Virus record (IMG/VR): IMGVR_UViG_3300046028_004317
Span: 1-51,216 of that record
Source of the DNA: a virus
Lineage: Duplodnaviria > Caudoviricetes
Strand: one strand, 5' to 3'
Length of the DNA: 51,216 nucleotides
A program made the translations under genes and the position numbers. Of the stretch, positions 28,242-37,919 are shown piece by piece; positions within the stretch are counted from its first letter, which is position 1, and every line of letters begins with the position of its first letter. The notes below the pieces were generated by a model. That model saw only the letters and a program-made list of their open reading frames with translations. It had not been told where the DNA came from and searched no databases.

Positions 28242-31200
28242 ATGCCAAACACTCAAGGTTTAGAGCCAACGACAGTATATGGAGATCATCCAGATGATCT
28301 AGGAGCCACCACCCTAACTGGGACAACCCCATACTCCTCAGAGCTATCTAAGATGCTCGGAGAGTATGGCCCTGCGCTTCAGCAGAGATCTAAGCAGAGG
28401 CGTGACGTATTGGATCAGGCACAGGAGAGGTTGCTGAGCAGGATTAAAGATCCGATGACTGATGCCGTCTCGCTATTCAAAATAGCGGCGGCATTTGGCA
28501 AGCCAACCCGCACTGGTGGGTTTGGTGAGACGATGGGTAATGTCGCAGAGGCTGCTGGTAACGAGGCAGAACGCCGCCAGCAACAGCAGTGGGCATTGCA
28601 AGATCTTCAGCAGAAGTATCAGACTGCCGGGATCGATCAGCACGTTGAGGGATTAGAGAACCAGATCGGTGTTGTAACCAAGCTCGCCCAGATAAACAGG
28701 GGTCGCGTTCCTGAAGTTATGCAGCTGACAGAGGCATTGAATGGCCTGCCTAAAGGCCACCCATCTATTCCTGTTATTCAATCTAGGCTTGATTATCTGT
28801 CCAACCCAAACCGTGGTCAGCAAACAAACCCGCCAGAGATTATGCGTTTGGCGGCTGTACTTGAAGACCCGAATGCAACTCAGTCACAGAAGAGAATTGC
28901 ACAGCAGGCAATAACCAAGGCTAATCGTATTCCTCCAGAGGCAGCTCCAAAGAGCTTGATCCCAACCAAGCTCAGCAATCAAGAAATAAAGATGAAGAGC
29001 GACACGATAGATAAGATAGATACCGGGAGGGATATTATCGGGAATCTTGAGCGGGCTATTAAACTGAGCCCGATTGCATATACTGGCCGAACAGCTGGGG
29101 CACGGGAATTTGTTGGCTCAGTAATCCCCGGAATCAGCTCAAGTGATGCACAGAATGCAACGACAGAGCTGGATAACATATTAAAAGGTAACGCATTAGC
29201 CAGCTTGAAAGCAACCTTTGGCGGAAACCCAACGGAAGGTGAGCGCAAGATTCTGTTGGAGATTCAGGGGGCAATTACTCAGACCCCTAGAGCAAGGGAG
29301 AAGATCTTTAAAGAGGCTCAAAGGCTTGCAGCTCGAAGAGTGGCGCGTCACCAAGAAAAGCTAAAAGATATCGAATCTGGCTCTTATTCAAGCCGTAGCC
29401 CAGATGATGCTGTAATTGAGGACGCTCCAGAAGAAGTTAGCAGCCAAGATCAGGAGACACTAAAGAGAGGACGTAGAGGATTCGCAAGTGGCGGTGCTGT
29501 TCATATGGCGGATGGTGGTGGATTAACACCCGCCAATATTGGTCGCGCTGGAATGCAAGGCGCTACCCTTGGCTTCGGTGATGAGGCCATTGCCAGAGTT
29601 AGATCTAAGCTAGAGAACAGGCCGTATGAGGATCTCCTTGCTGAAGAGCGGGCATCATACAAGCAGTTCTCTGATCAGTATCCACTCACCTCCCTCGGAG
29701 CTGAAGTCGTTGGCGGAATTATCCCAACGGCGGCAAGCTTTGCTATCCCCGGAGCTCAGCCACTCGGTGTGGCTAGGGCTGGTCAGACCGTAGGAAGGGT
29801 TGCTAAAGCATTCCAGAGCCCGGTTGCCAAGCTTGCCGGAACATCCGGCGGCGTTGGATTCGTTAGCGGGATGGGAGCGGGTGAGGGTGATATGTCTAAC
29901 CGCCTTGGATCTGGGGTCGAGACTGGATTGACATCAGCGGTTGCTGGGCCAGTTCTGTCCAAGGCCGCAACTGGAGCTGGCTCAGCTGGTAGAGAGATCT
30001 ACTCAAGGCTTCTGAGCTCACCAGATGCATCCGAGAGACGTGCCGCAGAGAAGGTTCTGCAGGCAATGGGAAGGGACTCGATTAACCCACAAGACCTGCG
30101 TACTTCGATGGCGAAGGATCGTGCGCTTGGCGTTCCATCAATGCTGATGGATTCCAGTCCAGCACTCAAGTCTCTGGGTGAGGCCGTTGTTACCTATCCC
30201 GGCTCGGGCGGCAAGATACTTGGCGAGAAGCTTAACCAGCGTCTGGATGAGGGTCGTGAGCGTGTTGGAGCTCGCGCACTGCAGCACATCGGCAAGGGCG
30301 TTGACTTCACCAAGGAAGAGAGCAACTTAGTTGGCAAGCTCAGATCAAATGCATCTAATGCCTATGATGAGGCTTATGCCCATGGCGAGATAAATGACCC
30401 ACGCATTACACATGTTCTGCATGATGACACCTTCAAGAAGGCATATGTAGAGGCTCAGTCGATAGCCAGTAAAGAGGCTCGTGCTGCAGAGTTGAGGGGC
30501 GAAGATCCATCTAGGTTCATGCTCAAGCAAATGTATCAAGTCACTCCTGATGGCGTTGCCACTCTTGTGAGTCTCCCAGATGTCCGCACCCTTGACTACG
30601 TCAAGCGCGGGATCGATGCGATGATTGATAAAGGTTACAGCGGATCTGGGATGTCTAAGGCCGAGGCTTCTGCCCTTAAAGATCTGAAGCGGGCCTTTGT
30701 CAGCACCATCGATGAGGCAACCACAGTAGATGGCGTATCCAAGTATGCACAGGCGCGGGCTAAGTATGCTGGCGACCGTGAGGTTCTTGATGCCCTGCAG
30801 CTCGGCAAGAATGACTACCTATCACCAAAGATGCTCCCAGAGCAGGCCAAGAACCTTGTCGCCGGGATGTCTGGCGGCGAGAGAGACGCTCTCAGGGCTG
30901 GTGTTGCACAATCGATTCTGTCTAAGGTAATGGATAGCCCGCAGCAAATCAACGCAGCACAGCGCGTCATAGGCTCGCCATCTACCCGTAAGAGATTGTC
31001 GGTACTGTTCGACAAGCCTGAAGACTATCAACTGTTCGAGAACGCCCTTACTCGTGAGAGCGAGCTGTTCAGGAACGCTCAAGACATCGTCAGGGGTAGT
31101 CGTACCGCCAACAAGGCAGCTGCCATGCAAGATCTGAAGAACCCAAGCAGGCTTCTGGATGTTGCCGGGGACGCAGTTGACATGTCAATTGGCGGAACTG

Positions 31201-31505
31201 GAACCATCATCGGTAAGGTTCTGAAGTTCATCCAGTCTGGTGCGAGTCTTGATGAGAAGACCGCCGGGAATGTTGCACACATTCTCAAGGCTGGGAGCCC
31301 GAACGAGGTTGGACATGCTTTAAATCTATTAGAGGCACACGGCAAGGACTTTGCGAAGCGACAGTCTGTTAGAGGTATGACAGAGAGAGGAATCTCCGCT
31401 GAAACGGGTATACTTTCAGCTCCAGAACCATCAGCTGAATACAACCCAGAGCCTGCAGTCGATGTTGACCAAATAATGGAGAGACTAAAAAGTGAGCAAC
31501 AGTGA
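28242..31505 (+). CDS. Large internal virion / DNA transfer protein; two halves joined at FASGG-MADGG
   Basis: Helical N-terminal half; C-terminal half begins QGATLGFGDEA and has Gly-rich hydrophobic segments. Confidence 0.75.
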   Translation: MPNTQGLEPTTVYGDHPDDLGATTLTGTTPYSSELSKMLGEYGPALQQRSKQRRDVLDQAQERLLSRIKDPMTDAVSLFKIAAAFGKPTRTGGFGETMGNVAEAAGNEAERRQQQQWALQDLQQKYQTAGIDQHVEGLENQIGVVTKLAQINRGRVPEVMQLTEALNGLPKGHPSIPVIQSRLDYLSNPNRGQQTNPPEIMRLAAVLEDPNATQSQKRIAQQAITKANRIPPEAAPKSLIPTKLSNQEIKMKSDTIDKIDTGRDIIGNLERAIKLSPIAYTGRTAGAREFVGSVIPGISSSDAQNATTELDNILKGNALASLKATFGGNPTEGERKILLEIQGAITQTPRAREKIFKEAQRLAARRVARHQEKLKDIESGSYSSRSPDDAVIEDAPEEVSSQDQETLKRGRRGFASGGAVHMADGGGLTPANIGRAGMQGATLGFGDEAIARVRSKLENRPYEDLLAEERASYKQFSDQYPLTSLGAEVVGGIIPTAASFAIPGAQPLGVARAGQTVGRVAKAFQSPVAKLAGTSGGVGFVSGMGAGEGDMSNRLGSGVETGLTSAVAGPVLSKAATGAGSAGREIYSRLLSSPDASERRAAEKVLQAMGRDSINPQDLRTSMAKDRALGVPSMLMDSSPALKSLGEAVVTYPGSGGKILGEKLNQRLDEGRERVGARALQHIGKGVDFTKEESNLVGKLRSNASNAYDEAYAHGEINDPRITHVLHDDTFKKAYVEAQSIASKEARAAELRGEDPSRFMLKQMYQVTPDGVATLVSLPDVRTLDYVKRGIDAMIDKGYSGSGMSKAEASALKDLKRAFVSTIDEATTVDGVSKYAQARAKYAGDREVLDALQLGKNDYLSPKMLPEQAKNLVAGMSGGERDALRAGVAQSILSKVMDSPQQINAAQRVIGSPSTRKRLSVLFDKPEDYQLFENALTRESELFRNAQDIVRGSRTANKAAAMQDLKNPSRLLDVAGDAVDMSIGGTGTIIGKVLKFIQSGASLDEKTAGNVAHILKAGSPNEVGHALNLLEAHGKDFAKRQSVRGMTERGISAETGILSAPEPSAEYNPEPAVDVDQIMERLKSEQQ

Positions 31506-34500
31506 GCTTAATCAGTTAAGGCAGAAGTACGCTATTGGCGGCGCTGTCGCCAAAAAGTTTGTCTCATCTATCGACAATGCAATCCAGACCCTTAAACAGC
31601 AGAAGGGTACTGGTGAGCAGATGCTCAAGCAGATTCAATCTTCCGGGGTCAAGAAGGAGGAGATGGATCTCCGCCGCGTCCCCCAGTTCCTAGCGAATAA
31701 GCCGTCAGTCACCAAAGAGCAGCTGGCTCGCCATCTTGAAAAGAATCCAATCCCACAGATCAATGTAATTGAGAAGGTTAGTAAGTTCGGCGGGAAAAAT
31801 CGTCAGTGGCAAGATCCCGATGGCGCGTGGAACAATAACCATGCAAAGTTTGGTGATGCAACCCTGCAAACACCGGGCGGGAAGAATTACAGGGAGCATC
31901 TGTTACAGCTGCAGATGCCAGCACTATCAAAAGAGGATATATTTAAGAATGTATCTAATAAGTATAAGCCAGAGATAGAAGAGCTCACTAGAGCGTATCG
32001 TTTAAGAATCGATAACGGTGAGGATGCGAGCGCCTTCTCTGACCGCATAGACCATCTCATTAAGAAAAGAAACAGTGAGGCGGAAGCGGAGGCTTCATTG
32101 TCGCGTGACAATGAGTATTCTAACGGTCACTGGGACGAGCCGCAGGTTGTTGCCCATGTGAGGATGACAGATAGGGCAGGGCCTGAAGGAGAGAAGATCC
32201 TGCATGTCGAAGAGATGCAGTCTGATTGGCATCAGCAGGGACGAGAAGCAAGAAAGGGCCAAGCGAAAATTCTCGCCAGAGAGAAGGGGATATCGGTTGC
32301 GGATGCCCTCAAGGAGATCCCTGCAGATGCCGGATACCTAACGCCTAAAGATGACGCTGCCCTTGCAAAGCTCAATAAGGATATCTATCGAGTTGGAAGA
32401 GAGGGCGTAAACGAAGAAGAGATTAAGAATCACTTTGTTCCGGGGAGAGTTATCAGATCGAATCTACTCGACCAAGATCTTGTCAACAATTACCATGACA
32501 AGGTATTGGCCTTTGACCCAAAGGGTGGCCGTGGCCTCGATATCTCTAAGTGGACTGTTGAGACAGCTAGGGAATTTCCACATAGTGGGCAGCGAGAGTT
32601 AAGGGTGCTCGATGAGGATGGACAGTGGAGGGGAACATACTCTGGCTTTAGTGGAACTGATGCTGATGCTATAAAGCAGGCCGCCGCAAGAAGTTCTCCA
32701 GTGTCGTGGTCGGCAAGAGTGATTGAAGTAGATCCAAAAACTGGCGAATCAGTTCCCGGCGCATTGCCAAGGGATATTAGTAATCAGTCAAACATTGACC
32801 GTACCGATCCAACACTCAACACTCTTAGATCATATAGAGAGCAGCGCGATGCGCTTAGCCGCAAGGTTCCTGACGCTCCATTCAAGTCAACATGGCCCGA
32901 CTTAGTTGTTAAGCATGTATTCGATACTGCAGCCAGAGAGGGATATGACAAGGTTTCATTTGCCCCAGCTGCAGAGCATATCAAGCGATACAACATGGCG
33001 AATTATGTTGATGAGATCACTGCCACCTTACGTCCAAATGGAAAGTTTGACATACAGGGCATAAAAGACAAGACCCCTATTCTTGATTCAAAAGGTATAT
33101 CTAGGGAGGATCTGGCTGCTCATGTGGGCAAGGATCAGGCCGAGAAGATTGTGAGCCAGATTGATAATAGGCCAAAGCAAGATCCATCATGGGATGAGAT
33201 TGACCCCCCAATGGTAAGTCTCGCTGGTGAAAACCTGAAGATGGGGACGAAGCAGGCTGCGGGGATGGTTAAGTTCTATGACGAGATGCTCCCGAAGCTT
33301 GTGGATAAGTACTCATCCAAAGAGTTTGGGGTGGGAGCTGGTAGGACGTTCATACCCGAGCTGGATACAGGAAAGAATCCATCACTTACTCCAATGGGCT
33401 GGGCAGAGTCTCGGCGTGTTGGTAACGCATTCTCTGTAGATATCCCACAGAGCACAAAGGATAAGATCCTATCCCAAGGTCAGAAGCTATTCTCTGTTGC
33501 ACCAGCTGCCCCAGTTGGGCTTGGTCTATCGCAGGAGGAGCCAGCTAAGTATGCCAAGGGTGGTATTGCTAAGAAGCTTGCAGAACGTGCGGCAAAGTCT
33601 ATTGAGTCCAAGGTTAACCGGGCCAAGACAGAGTGGGAGATATTGCATGATACAGCTCAGAAGAATGCAGCTCTACCAAAGGATAAGGGCGGACTAGGAC
33701 TGCCTGCAGATAATACCTATATAGACAGAGCTAATGCTATGGGTAAAAAAGATGTGTACCACGGGACAAAGCAAGACATAACGGGGGCATTCAAACCGGG
33801 GTATGACGATAACTTGGCTTTTGTAACCGAGTCCCCAGAATTTGCAAGTAAGTGGATTGGTAAGGGCAAGTTGCAACAACGCTCTGGTGGGCAGGCAGAG
33901 CAAGAAGTAAAGTCAGCTGAAGATGTATATCGTGGAATACGGACAAAGCATTTGTATTCTGATGACGCTCTTCAGCGATTGGAGGGTGATGAGTTCAATA
34001 AGGAGTACGACCGCAGAAATGCATTATCCAGAGCTGATCAACTAAAAGAATTTGGGGGCGCTATGATCCCAGACAAAATGCACTCAACGGTTTATCCGAT
34101 GAAGGTTGATGCCAACAAAACATTCAACCCGGAAACTGACATGCATGTAATGTCGGAGTTCTTTGAGAAAAACAACATACCTTCAGACGTTCAAGATCTT
34201 TATACTGGCGGCAATTACATGATGTATGAGACTAAGCCAGTGGTTGGGTATCTAAAAAGCAAAGGGTATGACTCAATGAGGTTGCGTGAGTCTACTGGAG
34301 ATGATTACCCAACGATTGCGGTATTTAATCCATCTCAAGTACGCTCCCGCTTCGCCGCCTTCGATCCTTTCCGTAGACATGAAGCAGACATTCTTGCTGG
34401 TGTAGGTGTTGGCGGAGTGCTTGCCCCAGAGTTAATATCCGAAGAGCTCAATAAGCTCAAGAAGAAGTATGCCAAGGGCGGCGAAGTTGCTAAGAATAGG

Positions 34501-36867
34501 GCATATCAGGGCGAGGTTAGGAACACGCCACAAAATAAGATACTTGGTCTGGCCGCTCATCTCCTGAAGCCTATCTCTGAGTTCGCCGGGAAGTATACGG
34601 TTCCAGAGAGAGATCCAATATTTGGCGGGATGACTGGTGCTGATCTAACAGGTGTCGAGTCATTGCGTAAGGTAGCTGAAGACGCGAGCTATAGAGTACC
34701 TCCGACAACTGGCAGGGGCATGACGATAACGCTCAAGCCAGAAGTTGTTGATGCCGCTGGTGGGGCTACATTACTTGGTCAAGCTGGCAAGGCATTTGTC
34801 AAAGGTGCTGCTAAAGAAGCCGCTAGACAGATTCATACTGGTACTGGGGTTCTGGGTAGTAAGGTGATTGACCCTCGCCAGAGAATGTTTGTTGGCGAGA
34901 AATCACAGACTTGGGACTCTCCGGCAGCTGCCAAAGCCGCTGAGATGGAGAGTGCTGGCGAGAGCCCTGTAAAAATATGGGCAGCGACAAAGAACTTTAA
35001 AGGGCCAGACAAAAAGTGGCGGCAAGAGATTGATGACAGTGTTGCGCCATATTCTGCGAATGCAGCGAGTCTTGGGAGCCAAGCATTTAAGCAGAAGCAA
35101 TATGATGAGGCCGTTCATGCGTCTAAGTTAAAAGAGATCATGGATACTCATAGCATCGGGACTGCTGATGCGAGCAAGATATTTGCAGATAAGTACGGTC
35201 GGGAGCCAATTTCTGGATCAGTTTATCTAGCTGATAGGACAAGGGGTCATGACTTGGCCCGAAACGAAGCTGAAGCACTGTCCAGTCTGCAAGACAAGAA
35301 CTTCTATGGACATACCAAGGAGTTCTATGACAATCCAAGGCTTTATGAGGCATATCCGCATCTAAAAAATATGCTCACCCATGTTGAGGATATTCCCCAT
35401 GCTGGCGGGGTGTTTAGCCCATCCGGCGGCGGTTCTTCTGCATACATTACCCTCGATAGACGTTCTGGAAAGCCTGAACTATTGCATGAGATGCAGCATG
35501 CGATTCAAGATAAAGAGGGTTGGGCAAGAGGTAGCAGTCCAGATGCAATGTTCTCATCAAAAGGGACAATAGGGCCAAACACTCTAAACCCAGAAGCGCA
35601 GAAAATATTTGATGGCATGGTTAAAGCTGGCCTCAAGCCCTCGCAAGATGACGCTGCACGGGAAGCTTATCATCGCCATGCTGGAGAGGTTGAGTCCCGC
35701 CTAACTGAAGCCCGCATGAATATGACTCCTGCAGAACGTGCGGCAAACATTCCTAAATATGATGTTCCAGTCGAGGATCAGATCGTTAAGTTTAAGTATG
35801 CCAAGGGCGGTAAGATTGCCAGTGCTGGCGGAGACTGGTTGGCAAAGAAGCTGGTTCAATATCAAGAACAGGCCAGACCTAGTAAAGCTGAGAATATAGC
35901 AGCTGGGCTCTATCACCCCATAGGTGGCGGAATTAAGTTGGTGAAGCCCTTGTCAGAGATGACATCAACTAGAGTTCCAAACACTCCAATGGTTCCCCGA
36001 AAAGCAATCTCTCCAGAGGAGCTGTATGGAAGCTACATCGTTCCTGCACTTGGAGATAGAACCGCTGCAGGGTCACTGTTAACCCATATTGGTGAAGCCA
36101 AGTTAGATATCCCGGTTCAGCTTGAGGGTGGCGCAGACTTCATGAGATCGCATGCACCATATGGAGCCGCATGGGCTGCAGACAAGGGGGCGGCATCGAG
36201 CATTTCCAAGCAAATAAGAGGTGCAGCCGAAAGCGGTAGAGATGTTTACATGCCGTATGTTGCAATGGCGCACACCCCTAGCGGTGACTTCTCAACGATG
36301 ATGGCTAATAGCCTGTTGGAGCAGATCGGAAATAGCAAGATTACCAAAAAGGCTGTAAAGGAATTCGATAGGAACGTTAAGGCAGTGCGTCCAGAGTTCA
36401 AGGGGTTATTGCACCCAGAGACACGGGACATGCTTAATGACAATGGTGCGCTACGGCATGCGTTTGTTGCCGAGATGGGGTTAAAGCAAAATGCTAATGC
36501 AGGGTTTCCAGATCTCGCAACTACTCGGGCAGCGATAGCTGAGCCCGAACTTCTGGATGCGCCGCTTCACTCTTCAGGGTTCACCATAGCAAAGATGGAT
36601 CCAGCTGGCGGCATCATCACAGACCCGGCATCACCAGCTCATACCTCTTACAATACTCAATTAGCAGGGAAGTATGTTGGCGGGTTCGCTGCACAGCCAC
36701 CAAGAAGTGTAATGTTCCCAACATTCTATAATGCGAGAAGGGCTGCGGGCACTCCAGAGTTTGGTGATCCGAGGTCGTTCCAGTTAGGGCATCCCGGTCA
36801 GGTTGCTAACCAAGAGTGGCTGGATAGCGTAATGAACTGGATGGAGAAGAACCCAAAGGTTAAATAG
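31492..36867 (+). CDS. Large polyvalent injected protein, four modules including ART-PolyVal-like and LPD23/zincin-like domains
   Basis: EEMQSDWHQ module; VYHGT...GYD...AVFNPSQVRSRFAAFDP; FVGE...KWRQEIDD plus LLHEMQH...GEVESR; modules separated by KYA(I/K)GG. Confidence 0.75.
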   Translation: MSNSELNQLRQKYAIGGAVAKKFVSSIDNAIQTLKQQKGTGEQMLKQIQSSGVKKEEMDLRRVPQFLANKPSVTKEQLARHLEKNPIPQINVIEKVSKFGGKNRQWQDPDGAWNNNHAKFGDATLQTPGGKNYREHLLQLQMPALSKEDIFKNVSNKYKPEIEELTRAYRLRIDNGEDASAFSDRIDHLIKKRNSEAEAEASLSRDNEYSNGHWDEPQVVAHVRMTDRAGPEGEKILHVEEMQSDWHQQGREARKGQAKILAREKGISVADALKEIPADAGYLTPKDDAALAKLNKDIYRVGREGVNEEEIKNHFVPGRVIRSNLLDQDLVNNYHDKVLAFDPKGGRGLDISKWTVETAREFPHSGQRELRVLDEDGQWRGTYSGFSGTDADAIKQAAARSSPVSWSARVIEVDPKTGESVPGALPRDISNQSNIDRTDPTLNTLRSYREQRDALSRKVPDAPFKSTWPDLVVKHVFDTAAREGYDKVSFAPAAEHIKRYNMANYVDEITATLRPNGKFDIQGIKDKTPILDSKGISREDLAAHVGKDQAEKIVSQIDNRPKQDPSWDEIDPPMVSLAGENLKMGTKQAAGMVKFYDEMLPKLVDKYSSKEFGVGAGRTFIPELDTGKNPSLTPMGWAESRRVGNAFSVDIPQSTKDKILSQGQKLFSVAPAAPVGLGLSQEEPAKYAKGGIAKKLAERAAKSIESKVNRAKTEWEILHDTAQKNAALPKDKGGLGLPADNTYIDRANAMGKKDVYHGTKQDITGAFKPGYDDNLAFVTESPEFASKWIGKGKLQQRSGGQAEQEVKSAEDVYRGIRTKHLYSDDALQRLEGDEFNKEYDRRNALSRADQLKEFGGAMIPDKMHSTVYPMKVDANKTFNPETDMHVMSEFFEKNNIPSDVQDLYTGGNYMMYETKPVVGYLKSKGYDSMRLRESTGDDYPTIAVFNPSQVRSRFAAFDPFRRHEADILAGVGVGGVLAPELISEELNKLKKKYAKGGEVAKNRAYQGEVRNTPQNKILGLAAHLLKPISEFAGKYTVPERDPIFGGMTGADLTGVESLRKVAEDASYRVPPTTGRGMTITLKPEVVDAAGGATLLGQAGKAFVKGAAKEAARQIHTGTGVLGSKVIDPRQRMFVGEKSQTWDSPAAAKAAEMESAGESPVKIWAATKNFKGPDKKWRQEIDDSVAPYSANAASLGSQAFKQKQYDEAVHASKLKEIMDTHSIGTADASKIFADKYGREPISGSVYLADRTRGHDLARNEAEALSSLQDKNFYGHTKEFYDNPRLYEAYPHLKNMLTHVEDIPHAGGVFSPSGGGSSAYITLDRRSGKPELLHEMQHAIQDKEGWARGSSPDAMFSSKGTIGPNTLNPEAQKIFDGMVKAGLKPSQDDAAREAYHRHAGEVESRLTEARMNMTPAERAANIPKYDVPVEDQIVKFKYAKGGKIASAGGDWLAKKLVQYQEQARPSKAENIAAGLYHPIGGGIKLVKPLSEMTSTRVPNTPMVPRKAISPEELYGSYIVPALGDRTAAGSLLTHIGEAKLDIPVQLEGGADFMRSHAPYGAAWAADKGAASSISKQIRGAAESGRDVYMPYVAMAHTPSGDFSTMMANSLLEQIGNSKITKKAVKEFDRNVKAVRPEFKGLLHPETRDMLNDNGALRHAFVAEMGLKQNANAGFPDLATTRAAIAEPELLDAPLHSSGFTIAKMDPAGGIITDPASPAHTSYNTQLAGKYVGGFAAQPPRSVMFPTFYNARRAAGTPEFGDPRSFQLGHPGQVANQEWLDSVMNWMEKNPKVK

Positions 36868-37021
36868 GCGGAAGCTCTAAGATCTCTCTCAGGTACTTAG
36901 ACACGTCATCGATCAGCCATTCCGTCTTGTGAGAGAATTGACCGGGGAATGGCTGTGCACTTTCAACGGCAGATTCAACCATTGTCATTAGATGCTCATA
37001 CTGGATCTGATTCTTGTCCAT
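36860..37021 (-). CDS. Small antisense-oriented hypothetical protein (moron-like)
   Basis: gaggg RBS before the ATG at 37021; TATAAT on the - strand at 37048-37053; fills an otherwise empty gap. Confidence 0.55.
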   Translation of the reverse strand: MDKNQIQYEHLMTMVESAVESAQPFPGQFSHKTEWLIDDVSKYLREILELPPI

Positions 37022-37069
37022 GATGCCCTCGCTGTAGATAAACATATATTATACACCATAGGAAGGTAG

Positions 37070-37729
37070 ATGATGAATAAAGCCGCGATTGCTAGAGTGC
37101 TATGCAAAATGGGTAAGTCCAATCTCTCTGCTGGTGAGACATCTGAGTGTCTGCAGGGCATGAAGGGGTTAATTAAGGTGCTGAGCAGTCAATTTGCATC
37201 TGGCGGCAAGGTTGGCTCTAGTATAAAATCCACTGAGCGGCCAGCTCTTAAAAAGACAGACAGATTTACTACTGCTGGCAGGCCAGTATATGAGAATCCA
37301 GAGGGTGAGCTGGTATCAGAGAAGTCGATTACCGTACCAATTGATGGGAGCTGGATCAACGTTCCAAGTATCCATGACGGGGTGCAGCATGATGAGGATG
37401 ATGTTATCCACATGCTAAAGTCTGGGAAGATACAGCCGACCAGTGTCCATCCAACGCTTGAAGATGCGATTGGTGCAGCACAGCGGCGCAGCTCTGGACT
37501 CCTCTCTTACCAGTCAGGTGGGTTTGTCCCGACTACTCCACCTCCGCCAACTAGGAAGTTCTATGGCACATGGAATGGCAGGCCCGTGACAGAGGAGCAG
37601 ATGAAGGTGCTTGAGGCGACTCAGGCTCAGAACGAGGCGAATGACCCGATCCAGCAAGAGTTGAATGACTATGCAAGAGAGGCTACGGCTCGAGCTGCTG
37701 CCAGACGAGCAGCTGCTACAACCAAATAA
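37070..37729 (+). CDS. Hypothetical late protein with FASGG / YQSGG-flanked domain
   Basis: GRPVYENPEGELVSEKSITVPIDGSWINVPS domain lies between the two motifs. Confidence 0.65.
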   Translation: MMNKAAIARVLCKMGKSNLSAGETSECLQGMKGLIKVLSSQFASGGKVGSSIKSTERPALKKTDRFTTAGRPVYENPEGELVSEKSITVPIDGSWINVPSIHDGVQHDEDDVIHMLKSGKIQPTSVHPTLEDAIGAAQRRSSGLLSYQSGGFVPTTPPPPTRKFYGTWNGRPVTEEQMKVLEATQAQNEANDPIQQELNDYAREATARAAARRAAATTK

Positions 37730-37742
37730 CTAGGGGTAAATC

Positions 37743-37919
37743 ATGACAAAGAAGGCAGACAAGATAGTGTCAATCGTCAAAGAAGTTGACGCAGAGATCG
37801 TAGAAGTTGTCAGCAAGGTGGACAGCACCAAGGCCCACGCCATTGAATTAATCAAAAGCTCTTACAGAACAATCTTTATAGTTGTAGTCGTTATCGGCAT
37901 TCTGGTCTGGTTGATATAA
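37743..37919 (+). CDS. Small membrane protein (C-terminal TM), 58 aa
   Basis: Read manually: MTKKADKIV...TIFIVVVVIGILVWLI*; stop overlaps the next ATG. Confidence 0.65.
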   Translation: MTKKADKIVSIVKEVDAEIVEVVSKVDSTKAHAIELIKSSYRTIFIVVVVIGILVWLI

